Of a DNA stretch of 61,944 nucleotides, positions 44,931 to 54,424 are shown one piece after another. The DNA lies in contig CAYPTH010000001.1 in the NCBI GenBank assembly GCA_964413635.1, forward strand, positions 18,249-80,192. Direction: 5' to 3'. The position numbers were made by a program, and so were the translations under genes. This DNA comes from an uncultured Spirochaetaceae bacterium (GTDB lineage Bacteria; Spirochaetota; Spirochaetia; DSM-27196; PWMO01). Each line of letters begins with the position of its first letter. Position 1 is the stretch's first letter. A model generated the notes under the pieces. That model saw nothing but the letters and a program-made list of their open reading frames with translations. It was not told the origin of the DNA and did not search any database.

Positions 44931-45962
44931 CCGCTTGCGAATCAGGTGAACGATCGCCTTTTCGACGACTCGGTTCGCCGGCGTGACAGGCCGAATGAGG
45001 TGCTTCACCTCGGTGAAGGCGCTCTTGAACGCAATTCGCGGGTGATTTGCCTGCTCGCTCATGGTAAAGAGAAAGTCCGCGGAGAGGTATGCAAGGGCCT
45101 TTTCCCGGCTTAGCTCTTCGTCCTTCGACTTCTCCTCGTCCAGGGCGGATAGGGAGGAAAGAAACCGCTTCCGGTACGTCGCGAAGGCGCGATCGTTGAG
45201 GAGATGGTTTATGCCCGGAAGCATGTAGCCGAAGAGATTGTAGCTCAAGAGCTCCTCCACGATCTGCCGCGAGTGCCCGGATGTGAAGATCTTGAACACC
45301 TCCTCGGTCATGCGCGAGGAGGACACATCTTCGAGTAGCTCCGCGGATTTCTTGATCTGTCGCTTCAGCGGCGGGACAATCCGGAAGCCACCGGCAGCAG
45401 CGTACTTCAACGCCCGAACCATGCGAACCGGGTCTTCCTCGAAGATACGATCCAGGGGGATCACCGGGCGGAGCCGCCGGTTGCGAATATCTTTGATACC
45501 ACCGACGTAGTCGAGGATGCTCTGTTCCTCGGAATCGTAATAGAGCGCGTTGCAGGTGAAGTCCCGGCGCTTCACGTCCTCTTCAATCCTTCCGTATACG
45601 TTCTTGAAGCCCTCGGCATCTTCCGCGCGAAAGGTCGACACTTCAAGGATTTTTTCCCGAAAGAAGATGTGAACCAAGCGGAACCGCTTGCCGATGATCC
45701 GGGAGTTTCGGAAGAGCTTTCGAATTTGATTGGGGGACGCATCGGTGGCAACATCGAAGTCTTTCGGTTGCTTTCCCAAGAGGAGATCTCGCACGGCACC
45801 TCCAACCACATACGCGCTGTGACCGTTGGACGTGAGACGCCGCATCACCTTGAGAGCATCCTGATCGATCCCTTTGCGATCGATTCCATGATCCTCTTTG
45901 GTGAAGATCTCTGCCTGTTTTACCGCTTTGCCCTTTTTCGTCGTGCTGTATCGAACGCGCAA
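44901..45962 (-). CDS. pcnB: Poly(A) polymerase I-like nucleotidyltransferase
   Basis: VVGGAVRDLLLGKQPKDFDVATDASPNQIRKLFRNSRIIGKRFRLVHIFF is close to the E. coli PcnB head domain, including the basic G-[KR]-[KR]-F-R-L-x-H element. Confidence 0.7.
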   Translation of the reverse strand: MRVRYSTTKKGKAVKQAEIFTKEDHGIDRKGIDQDALKVMRRLTSNGHSAYVVGGAVRDLLLGKQPKDFDVATDASPNQIRKLFRNSRIIGKRFRLVHIFFREKILEVSTFRAEDAEGFKNVYGRIEEDVKRRDFTCNALYYDSEEQSILDYVGGIKDIRNRRLRPVIPLDRIFEEDPVRMVRALKYAAAGGFRIVPPLKRQIKKSAELLEDVSSSRMTEEVFKIFTSGHSRQIVEELLSYNLFGYMLPGINHLLNDRAFATYRKRFLSSLSALDEEKSKDEELSREKALAYLSADFLFTMSEQANHPRIAFKSAFTEVKHLIRPVTPANRVVEKAIVHLIRKRKKYERTGQI

Positions 45963-46124
45963 GGTACTACATTTACTCCAGGAGAACGTGTTTGATTATT
46001 GCCGGGCAGCTTGGCCCTAGTAATACGCGATAGACCGGAAAAGGGTCAAGCGAGACACCCACGAAGTTCGCAGGGGTGATTATATTTGAAAGTACTAAAA
46101 CGCTGCCGAAAGGAGCATGTATAG

Positions 46125-46943
46125 ATGCGCCGGGTCCTGCCGATTGCCACGCTCTTCCTCATCTTCACGAGTACCGTCCTCCTCGCGGCGCCACAGGCCG
46201 AGCTGTGGCCTCGCTGGAGCAAGCACGACCCCTCGAGTACGCGAAGCGTCGATCACGAGGCGTGGGGAAGCTTTTTGGACGAGTACCTCCTCACCGACAC
46301 CGACTCCCGCGTGAACCTGCTTCGCTACGGCAGTGTCACGGAAGACGATGCTCAGGCTCTCGACCGCTATCTACAGCGCCTCCAGGAGGTTCCGGTATCC
46401 TCGCTGAACCGGGCGGAGCAACGCGCCTTCTGGATCAACCTGTACAACGCCTACACGGTGAAAGTGATCTTGGACCACTACCCCGTCGGGTCCATCCGTG
46501 ATATCGACATCTCCGGACTCTTCAGTAACGGACCCTGGGATGCGGAGCTGATGAGCGTTGAGGGAGTGGATATCACCCTAAATGACATCGAGCACCGAAT
46601 ACTGCGACCGATCTACCAAGACCCTCGGATCCACTACGCGGTGAACTGTGCAAGCATTGGCTGTCCGAATCTCCAGCCTGAGCCCTTCACGGCGGACAAC
46701 TACGAGCGCTTAATCAATCGTGGGGCGGCCTCCTACATCAACCATCCTCGGGGTGTGGACACCTCCTCGGAGCCCATTGTGCTGTCGAGCATTTATCAAT
46801 GGTTCACCGAGGATTTTGGCGGCAGCTTCGAGGGCGTGGTGGATCATCTGGGGAAACACGCGCGACCCGAGCTTGCCGCCTTCCTGAGAGACTATGAGGG
46901 GCGTGTCGACTACGACTACGACTGGTCGCTCAACGAACCGTGA
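46125..46943 (+). CDS. DUF547 domain protein (secreted)
   Basis: Signal peptide, then FWINLYNAYTVKVILDHYP and HYAVNCASIGCPNL, as in DUF547. Confidence 0.7.
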   Translation: MRRVLPIATLFLIFTSTVLLAAPQAELWPRWSKHDPSSTRSVDHEAWGSFLDEYLLTDTDSRVNLLRYGSVTEDDAQALDRYLQRLQEVPVSSLNRAEQRAFWINLYNAYTVKVILDHYPVGSIRDIDISGLFSNGPWDAELMSVEGVDITLNDIEHRILRPIYQDPRIHYAVNCASIGCPNLQPEPFTADNYERLINRGAASYINHPRGVDTSSEPIVLSSIYQWFTEDFGGSFEGVVDHLGKHARPELAAFLRDYEGRVDYDYDWSLNEP

Positions 46944-46975
46944 GCGTAATGGTGGCGCCGCAGCCGGCGCGGCGG

Positions 46976-48649
46976 CTACTGTGGCGGGAGAAGCGGTTTC
47001 TCGGTACGATCGAGAAGCGTCCGTCGAAAGAGGGCGGTAGTGAGCCTTGGGAATAGCGTGCCGAAGACCCCGAGGAGCTTGGCAGAGGTGCCCGGAACAA
47101 CGACGGCGGCGCGGTGCTCAACGGCGCTCACCACCTCCCGAGCTACCAGCTCGGGGCTACGACGTCTTCCCTCCCGGCTCCCCGGCGGACTGTAGCGCCG
47201 CGCGTGGGGCGTGCGAACCGGCCCCGGCATGACTGTGCAGATGTGCACCCCGTCTACGGCACAGTCCGGACGAATGCCTTCCGCGTACCCGACCAATCCC
47301 GCCTTTGTCGCAGTGTAGCTCGCCGCACCGGGATAGCCGGTACGCACACCGAGAGTCGAGAAGAACACCACGCTCGCTCCCCGTCGCAATGCCCGGGCCC
47401 CTTCCCGCTCCCGGAGGAGCTCTTCCGTAAGCAACAGCGGTGCGCGCAGATTTACCTCGTACACTGCGCGGTGCGCTGCAAGTGGAACCTCCCCGAAGCG
47501 CCCCACAGCGCTGATGCCGGCACAGTGAAATACCGCGTGTACACCGCCGCGGCTTCCGCCGCCCCACTCGCTGCGCAGAAACTCCGCGAAGGCCACGACC
47601 TCTTCCTCCCGGGAGAGATCAAGCGCGTAGTCCACCAATCCGGGTTCTTCGGTCGGGAGATCGGCAACAAGGACGTCGGCTCCCCGTGCCGCGAGGAGTT
47701 GCACTATTGCCTTCCCAATACCGCTTGCCCCTCCGGTAACCACGATGCGGGCATCCCTCCATCCGCCGAATGGTCGCGCGCGACGCAGAGCCGACGTCGC
47801 ACGGTGACGCCCGAAGAAGGTGCTTAGCCCTCCGACCGCGTAGACGAGGGTGTTGACTCTACCGGCGCTTCGTCGTCGCAATTGCCGTCGAGGGTTCGCC
47901 GCGGCGCGGCGCAGCAAGACGGCGGCGGCGGCGGCGACCCGCTCAGGCGCCGCGCCGCGGGGAGGGGAGTCCGCCGACAGCAGGCCGCTCTTGTAGTGCA
48001 TACCGGTTCGGGTGCTACCTGGCCGCAGCACGGCCACCGTCCTCCGCACCACCCGCCGGTGACCCGAGCCTTCCGCGGCGAGATTCCATGCGAAGGCCTC
48101 CACAGCGGCTTTTGAAGCGCCATAGCTTGCGAAGTTACGGCAGGGGTGGGAGGCCATGACGGACGAAACGAAGAGATGAACCATTACCCGGGGGGTGAGC
48201 TCTTGCCGTTCTTCCAGCGTGTGGGCCAGATGAATGGGGGCCCAGAGATTCACCTCCAACACGGCGAGAAAGATCTTCAGGTCGCCGGCGCCCGGGGGCG
48301 CCACCACACCCAGACCGGCGTTGTGCACGACCGCGCCAATCTTTTCTGGAAGGGAACGCAGCGCAGCGCCGTCACCTGAGTGCCACAGCCTTGAGAGATC
48401 GATTTGCCTGTAGTCGAGATTGTCGCGCTCCCCGCCGCTTCCGTCGTCGGCGGCAAAGGGCGCATCCCCCGGCGGGCGGCGGCCCACCGCGACCACGCGC
48501 CTTCCCTTCGCGGAAAGTGTCTCTGCGAGGGCGAGGCCGATACCGTCGGTCGCTCCGGTCACAAGGATCGATTCGATCGGACTCCCGGTTGGCTCGCTCT
48601 CACTCCTGCGCAGCATCAGCGGGACCGCCGACCTTGCGCTGGATCGCAC
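46976..48649 (-). CDS. Tandem short-chain dehydrogenase/reductase (two complete SDR domains in one 557-aa protein)
   Basis: Domain 1: VTGATDGIG ... YGASKAA. Domain 2: VTGGASGIG ... YTATKAG. An alternative start at 48616 still overlaps the upstream gene. Confidence 0.8.
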   Translation of the reverse strand: MRSSARSAVPLMLRRSESEPTGSPIESILVTGATDGIGLALAETLSAKGRRVVAVGRRPPGDAPFAADDGSGGERDNLDYRQIDLSRLWHSGDGAALRSLPEKIGAVVHNAGLGVVAPPGAGDLKIFLAVLEVNLWAPIHLAHTLEERQELTPRVMVHLFVSSVMASHPCRNFASYGASKAAVEAFAWNLAAEGSGHRRVVRRTVAVLRPGSTRTGMHYKSGLLSADSPPRGAAPERVAAAAAVLLRRAAANPRRQLRRRSAGRVNTLVYAVGGLSTFFGRHRATSALRRARPFGGWRDARIVVTGGASGIGKAIVQLLAARGADVLVADLPTEEPGLVDYALDLSREEEVVAFAEFLRSEWGGGSRGGVHAVFHCAGISAVGRFGEVPLAAHRAVYEVNLRAPLLLTEELLREREGARALRRGASVVFFSTLGVRTGYPGAASYTATKAGLVGYAEGIRPDCAVDGVHICTVMPGPVRTPHARRYSPPGSREGRRRSPELVAREVVSAVEHRAAVVVPGTSAKLLGVFGTLFPRLTTALFRRTLLDRTEKPLLPPQ

Positions 48650-49328
48650 GCCGCGCCACGCGGGTCACGTAGATGGTCACCGCAACGGTTGCCACCAGAC
48701 CCACACCGTAGAGCACCCACTCCCCGGTCGTACGCGCGCGCTCCTCGGCTCCAAGCACGGCGAGGCTCTCAATGAGTGAGCCAATGTAGACGTACATGAC
48801 GGTGCCTGGAAGCATGCCCGCCCAAGAGGCGAGCATGTAGGAGCCGACGCCGACCTTCGTCAAGGAGTAGATGTAGTTGGAGAGGTTAAAGGGAAAGAGC
48901 GGGCTCAGGCGCAGGAGAAAGATGATCTTCCCTCCCTCCTGGCCAATTGCATCGTCCACGGCGGAGAAGCGCTCACTCCGGCCGATCTGCTTGGAGACCC
49001 AATCCCGCATGAAATAGCGGCCCACCAAGAAGGCGGCGGTTGCACCGAGGACCGAACCGACGGACACGTAGATCGTTCCCCAGACAACACCAAAGACGGC
49101 GCCGGCACCAAGGGTGGGGATCGACCCGGGAACGAAGAGAACCGTCAGGACAATGTAGAGGGCAATGAATATTATGGGGCCGACGGCGCCGATACCGTCG
49201 ATCCAGTCCAGGGCAATACGAAGGTATCGCGGTACCTCGAGGTACCACCCGAGGAAGAGCAACACCACGGCTGCAACAATCAATCCAATGACCTTGACGG
49301 CTGAACCGGAAGAGGGCTTTTCAGGCAT
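48600..49328 (-). CDS. TVP38/TMEM64 (DedA-related) family membrane protein
   Basis: Five or six TMs with the VPGSIPTLGAGAVFG and LSPLFPFNLSNY motifs. Confidence 0.75.
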   Translation of the reverse strand: MPEKPSSGSAVKVIGLIVAAVVLLFLGWYLEVPRYLRIALDWIDGIGAVGPIIFIALYIVLTVLFVPGSIPTLGAGAVFGVVWGTIYVSVGSVLGATAAFLVGRYFMRDWVSKQIGRSERFSAVDDAIGQEGGKIIFLLRLSPLFPFNLSNYIYSLTKVGVGSYMLASWAGMLPGTVMYVYIGSLIESLAVLGAEERARTTGEWVLYGVGLVATVAVTIYVTRVARRAIQRKVGGPADAAQE

Positions 49329-50790
49329 GGTACGCTCCTTCAGTGGGTACGTCGCCGCGGTAGCCGTGGAGGAAGCGCAGGATCCTTCGGACTCGTTTGT
49401 TGAACAGCTTCGGCGCCATGAAGCCGGAGACGGCCTTCTTGTGCACCTCGCCGAGGCTCGGATATGGAAAGATCGGAGCCATGAGCTTGCTCACCTTCCA
49501 CTCACCGTTCACCGCAAAGAGCGACGGCAGGAGCAGGTCCGAGGCGTGGAGCGCCGCGATCTGCGTGCCGATGACCCGGCCCTTCTTGTCGAGGATGATC
49601 TTCATCTGACCACCGGGCTCTCCTTCCGCGTTTGCCCGGTCGTTCGAGTCGAGGGGCTGTCGAATGACATCATAGTCGAGCCCTGCCTCTCGGGCGCTCT
49701 GCTCGTTGTATCCAATCGAGGCGAGCTCCGGATCGGTATAGGTGACCCACGGAATGTTGCGATAGTTCATGCTTCCGCCCACCCGCAGGGCAATGCGACG
49801 AACCGCAACAGAGCCTTCGGCTCCGGCGACGTGGGTAAAGAGGTAGCGTCCGTTCACGTCACCGACGGCCAGAATGTGGCGCTGCGACGTACGGAGCTTG
49901 CTGTCGGTCGGTATGAAGCTTTTGTCGACTTGCACCCCTGCGGCTTCAAGCGCGAGGCCGTCGGTATTGCCCTTCCGACCGGCGGCGACGAGAATTTCAT
50001 CGCCCTCGAGGATCTCTTCGCTCCCCTCGTTGTCCAGGACAACCCGTTTCGTCGCGCCGTCTTGCTCGACCCGTGAAATCTTGACGCCCAGACGCAGGTC
50101 ACCCCCTTCGGCGACAATGCGATCGTGTACGATCTGCGTCATGTCGGCATCGTCCTTTGGCAGGATCTGGGGTGCGACGTCCAGAGTCGTAACCTTGCTG
50201 CCGAGACGCAGGAAGGCCTGGGTCATTTCCGTTCCAATTGGCCCGGCGCCAATGACCAGCAAGCGGTCGGGCCGTCTGCTCAAGCTGAACACATTCAGAT
50301 TCGTGATATAGCCGGTTTCCTCGAGCCCCGGAATGGGAAGGCCGCGAGGACTACTCCCCGTGGCAATCACAATCGACCGCGCGGAGATACGCTGAGAGTC
50401 GTTGACGACAATTTCGTGGGGGGAGGTGAATTTGGCGTCTCCCAGGTAGACCTCGGCGCCCATCTTCTCGAAGCGCTCGGGAGCGTCGTGGTGCGCAATG
50501 CCGGCGATCACGCTCTGGACGCGAGCGTTGACCTGCTGCATATCGGGTTCGGGAAGGCGCGCTTCGGGAAGACCGTAGCGCTGAAACTGCCGCGCCTGGT
50601 GGTAGACCGTTGCACTCTTGAGAAGAGCCTTGCTCGGCACGCAGCCGTAGTAGAGACAGTCGCCTCCGAGACGCTCCTTGTCGATGATAGCCGTCTTGAG
50701 ACCCAGTTGTGCGCACCCAACAGCGGTAACGAGACCGCCGGCGCCGCCGCCGAGTATGATCGCATCGTGAGAGTATCTAGCCATGAACAC
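49321..50790 (-). CDS. FAD-dependent pyridine nucleotide-disulfide oxidoreductase (dihydrolipoyl dehydrogenase / mercuric-reductase-like)
   Basis: GGGAGG FAD motif, redox-active GGDCLYYGCVPSK, NAD motif VIGAGPIGTE, and a C-terminal dimerisation domain. Confidence 0.85.
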   Translation of the reverse strand: MFMARYSHDAIILGGGAGGLVTAVGCAQLGLKTAIIDKERLGGDCLYYGCVPSKALLKSATVYHQARQFQRYGLPEARLPEPDMQQVNARVQSVIAGIAHHDAPERFEKMGAEVYLGDAKFTSPHEIVVNDSQRISARSIVIATGSSPRGLPIPGLEETGYITNLNVFSLSRRPDRLLVIGAGPIGTEMTQAFLRLGSKVTTLDVAPQILPKDDADMTQIVHDRIVAEGGDLRLGVKISRVEQDGATKRVVLDNEGSEEILEGDEILVAAGRKGNTDGLALEAAGVQVDKSFIPTDSKLRTSQRHILAVGDVNGRYLFTHVAGAEGSVAVRRIALRVGGSMNYRNIPWVTYTDPELASIGYNEQSAREAGLDYDVIRQPLDSNDRANAEGEPGGQMKIILDKKGRVIGTQIAALHASDLLLPSLFAVNGEWKVSKLMAPIFPYPSLGEVHKKAVSGFMAPKLFNKRVRRILRFLHGYRGDVPTEGAYHA

Positions 50791-50885
50791 GCTCCTTCCG
50801 AGTACCGCCCATTACGTCCCGCCAAATAATCGGAATACTTCCCCTGCGAGTCAATTCTTATTTCTGAATTATCGAATACGTTTTT

Positions 50886-50906
50886 GTCACGATATTTTGA
50901 CGTGAC
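50886..50906. promoter_or_regulatory. Inverted repeat GTCACG-N9-CGTGAC in the divergent promoter region
   Basis: It lies in the AT-richer 140-bp gap between the disulfide reductase operon and the MutS-like operon, about 25 nt upstream of the 50931 start. Confidence 0.35.
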
Positions 50907-50930
50907 CGTGCCTCCATAGTAACGTAAGGT

Positions 50931-52580
50931 GTGTCGAAACAAAGCACAATGAGTCTGCTAGGCGCGGATTCGGATACTCGCCGGATCTCGAAAGACGCGG
51001 TGCAGGATCTCGAGATAGACGTCCTCGTGGAAGCCTTTGCGGCCACACCCCAGGGGCGGCGGCTGGTCGAGCGCGCCCTCACACAACTGCCCCTCGATCC
51101 GGATGTCACTCGCTATCGTCAAGAGAGCTTTCGCTTTCTCCACGAACATCGGGAAGTTCGGGAGCGGCTGCGTGCAGTAATTCCCAAGATTCGTGAGCTC
51201 ACCGTCTTTAGCCACTCCCAGGGCGGCACCGATTCGCCGTTTCTCAGCGCGGTCTGGCGCATTGGTGAGTTGGACCTCTACGTGGAGTGCCTCGACGCAC
51301 TGCATGCTGCCTTCGACCTCGCGTCTCCACCCGCCTCCGCCGCTGGCCTCCGCGCCCTTCGCGACGCCGTTGCGGAGCGCCGGTCGGGCAACGCAGTGGA
51401 AGCCTTGCGCCGCGAGATCCCGCCTCTCAAGGAGGGATTGCGCAAGCGACGCAGCGTGACGATCGGCGTGAACCTGGACGACCGGCTCCGGCCGGTGGAG
51501 GCAAAGCTCGTATCCGTTCACGACCGGCCCTTTTCCGAGACGGGGCTCCTGACCGAGTTCTTTCGCAGTTTCCGGTCGGGCGAACAAAAACCGGTCTCCG
51601 CGCCGCTGCATCGAAGCCCTTCCGGGGGAAACGGACAGTCGGCGTACACAACGAAAATGCCCTTGAGTCCCCTCTTTCAGGACTTGGAGGGGATAATGCG
51701 GACGACCTCGAAGCGCATCCTCTCGAAGATCGAGTCCTTCCTGAGCGTAGAGACGCAGGTAATCCAGTCGCTCCCGGATGAATTGGAGTTCTTCATTGGC
51801 GCGGCCGATCTGGCCGATCGCCTCCACGCGGCGGGTCTGCCGACCTGCACCCCCACGCTGGATGCGACGACATCCCACACCCTCTCCGCCCGGGCAGTCT
51901 ACAACCTGCCCCTTGCCCTTCGCCGGCTAAATGAGGGCTCGCCCGACGGAGAGCCAGTGGTGACGAACGACATTGCCATGGGTCCGAACAAGCGGGGCGC
52001 GATCGTGACGGGGCCGAACCGCGGGGGCAAGACCACCTATCTCCAAGCGCTCGGTCAACTCCAGGTGCTGACGCAGGCGGGGCTGTTCGCGCCCGCCAAA
52101 GAAGCGACGGTGAGTCCAGTGGACTACGTGGCAACGCACTTTCCGCAGCGTGAGCACAGCGCCAGCGAGCTCGGCCGTTTCGGAGAGGAGGTTGCTCGGC
52201 TCTCCGAGATTTTCGACGAGCTCTCCTCCGACAGCTTCGTGATCCTGAACGAATCCTTTGCGAGCACGAATCCAAGCGAGGCGATTGCCTTTGGAAGTGA
52301 GGTACTCAAAGCCCTCGCCGACGCCGGGACCCGCGCCCTCGTCGCAACGCATCTCGTCGACATGGCTCGGACGGCCGAATCCATGGGCCACTACAGCGCC
52401 TTGACTGCGCAAGTAGAAACGACCGAACACGGAGCGGTACGGACATTCCGGATTGTTCCGGGCGTCCCCGAGAGCAGCAGCTACGCCTACGATTTGGTGA
52501 AGCAGGCCGGGATGACCTACGAGCAACTGAGCGAACGGCTCCAGCGGCGCGGCATACTCCCGAAGGAGACGGACTCGTGA
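50931..52580 (+). CDS. MutS-family ATPase lacking the mismatch-binding and nuclease domains (domain III/V-only MutS-related protein)
   Basis: GPNRGGKTTYLQALGQLQVLTQAG (MutS Walker A context), VILNESFASTNP (Walker B region, Asn in place of the usual Asp), and THL.... GTG start at 50931 or ATG at 50949. Confidence 0.75.
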   Translation: MSKQSTMSLLGADSDTRRISKDAVQDLEIDVLVEAFAATPQGRRLVERALTQLPLDPDVTRYRQESFRFLHEHREVRERLRAVIPKIRELTVFSHSQGGTDSPFLSAVWRIGELDLYVECLDALHAAFDLASPPASAAGLRALRDAVAERRSGNAVEALRREIPPLKEGLRKRRSVTIGVNLDDRLRPVEAKLVSVHDRPFSETGLLTEFFRSFRSGEQKPVSAPLHRSPSGGNGQSAYTTKMPLSPLFQDLEGIMRTTSKRILSKIESFLSVETQVIQSLPDELEFFIGAADLADRLHAAGLPTCTPTLDATTSHTLSARAVYNLPLALRRLNEGSPDGEPVVTNDIAMGPNKRGAIVTGPNRGGKTTYLQALGQLQVLTQAGLFAPAKEATVSPVDYVATHFPQREHSASELGRFGEEVARLSEIFDELSSDSFVILNESFASTNPSEAIAFGSEVLKALADAGTRALVATHLVDMARTAESMGHYSALTAQVETTEHGAVRTFRIVPGVPESSSYAYDLVKQAGMTYEQLSERLQRRGILPKETDS

Positions 52581-54424
52581 GGGGCCGCCGGGGTATGCGG
52601 CGAGGAAGACTATTGCTCGTCCCCGCGCTCACGCTCACGCTGGTTGCTGTTGCCGCCGCCCCCGTGGTGGCACAAGATATCGACGTCCGCGTATCCATCA
52701 CCTATGGATTCGACGGGCTCGGAAAACCCGGACGCTGGACGCCGGTCGTCGTCCGCCTGAGCAACTTCGGCGACGCCATCCGCGGCGAGCTTGCGGTGCG
52801 CAGCGTGCAGGGACAACGCACCTCCACGGAACGTTACCCCTTCGTCGTTCGAGAGGAGGTCCACATTGGCAAAGGCGTGAGCGAGGTGCTGCGCTACATT
52901 GTTCCGGTCGGCACTCCCGCCCTTCCCGTCGAGATCACACTTCGGAACGAAGACGGGATGATCTACCAGGAAGAGATCGATGCGACCTCCCGAATTGCTC
53001 CGGAGGCGCTCGTGGTAAGTCTTTCCGCCGATCGCAGTCTGGAATCTCTCCTCTCCTCGCCGGGGATTGAGACGGAGGGGATACGCCTCCGCGCCTCGGG
53101 GCCCATCGCGGTGGCGTATCCCCTTCCCGAGTTCCTCCCGGAGGCGTGGTATGGATACCACGGCGTCGACCTGCTCTTTCTTGCCGACGCCCCGCTCAAT
53201 CGCCTGTCCTCCCCCCAATGGACGGCAGTGCGTGACTGGGTAATCCGCGGGGGCGTGGTGATCGTGACCGATCCGCGGCCCGGCGCGCCGGAAAAAAAGC
53301 GCATAACATCTTTGTGGACCGAGGGGGACAGGACGGAGAAAGAGCTCGAGGGCGCCTTCACGACACGGAGGCTCGGTGCAGGTCGTATCCACCGCCTCGA
53401 TTTCCCAGCCCCCCGACTGACCGCCGGCGACGAAGCGGCGGCGACGGCGCGCAGAAGCATTCGTGAGTTGGCCCTCAGCCCCGCCCACGGCGCACTGCGC
53501 CCCACGCACCCCTCGCACCCCTCGCTTCCCGTCTTGGTTCGGCGGCAACCATTCAACGATCCAGTCAATCAGGCGATCCTCGACGGGCCGATCTACGACT
53601 ACCCGTCGCGGTGGCTCATAGCCTTGGCCCTCGCCGCCTACCTCGCCGCCTTTGCCGTTCTCATCCGGCTGATGCAGCGGGGAAACAGGAGCGTTGCCCC
53701 GGCGTTGATCGGCGTCCCCCTGGCCGTCGCCGGGGCGTTCTATCTCGTCCTCTCGGTTGCAAATCCCGCTCCGCGCCATGCGCTCATCGAGATTCAGCGG
53801 ATCGCCGGGGCTGCGGAAGCGCCTATCGCACACGTCGAGCGAGACGTCCTGGCTCTCGCCGCGGAGGGTCGCGCCTTTACGCTGTTTCCCCCGGAAGGTG
53901 CAGCTGTCATCCCCATTGAGGGCGAGGCGAATCACGTCCATCTGGCAGGGGGCAAGCGTATGTTGGAGACGGCCCTTCCCCGATGGCGCGAGGCGCACTA
54001 CTATTTGGCGGATCGTGCGCCAACTCCACTGCAGGTGAGGCTCATTGGAGACGCTCAGGGAGGAGCCGTCGAGCTCTCCAATAGGACCGGGCACCTCATA
54101 GAGGAGGCCTTCCTGGTCTTCAGTAGCAGCATATACGACATCGGAAGCGTAAGCCCCGGCCAAAACGTGGAGCGCAGCTACGACGCCGCTGCCCCCGTTT
54201 CCTGGGACGGAGCTCCTCCACGGATCAGGGAGGTCGTCGAGCTTCGGCAAGCGTCACTCGGCCCCGTTGGTAGCGCCGCGCAAGCGCAGGGATTGCTTAT
54301 TGCGATAGCCACGCAGCTGGCACCGGTCACGACCGCGCAGCCCCCCTTCGACGCACATCACAGCTTCGCGATCGCCGAAATCCAGATGCCCGTTCCGCGG
54401 GAGAGCGAGGAGGTCGCGCCGTGA
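52577..54424 (+). CDS. Hypothetical exported protein with two central TM helices
   Basis: GTGA overlap with the upstream gene. Signal peptide RGRLLLVPALTLTLVAVAAAPVVAQ. TM pair around WLIALALAAYLAAFAVLI and LIGVPLAVAGAFYLVLSV. No catalytic motif recognised. Confidence 0.7.
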   Translation: MRGRRGMRRGRLLLVPALTLTLVAVAAAPVVAQDIDVRVSITYGFDGLGKPGRWTPVVVRLSNFGDAIRGELAVRSVQGQRTSTERYPFVVREEVHIGKGVSEVLRYIVPVGTPALPVEITLRNEDGMIYQEEIDATSRIAPEALVVSLSADRSLESLLSSPGIETEGIRLRASGPIAVAYPLPEFLPEAWYGYHGVDLLFLADAPLNRLSSPQWTAVRDWVIRGGVVIVTDPRPGAPEKKRITSLWTEGDRTEKELEGAFTTRRLGAGRIHRLDFPAPRLTAGDEAAATARRSIRELALSPAHGALRPTHPSHPSLPVLVRRQPFNDPVNQAILDGPIYDYPSRWLIALALAAYLAAFAVLIRLMQRGNRSVAPALIGVPLAVAGAFYLVLSVANPAPRHALIEIQRIAGAAEAPIAHVERDVLALAAEGRAFTLFPPEGAAVIPIEGEANHVHLAGGKRMLETALPRWREAHYYLADRAPTPLQVRLIGDAQGGAVELSNRTGHLIEEAFLVFSSSIYDIGSVSPGQNVERSYDAAAPVSWDGAPPRIREVVELRQASLGPVGSAAQAQGLLIAIATQLAPVTTAQPPFDAHHSFAIAEIQMPVPRESEEVAP

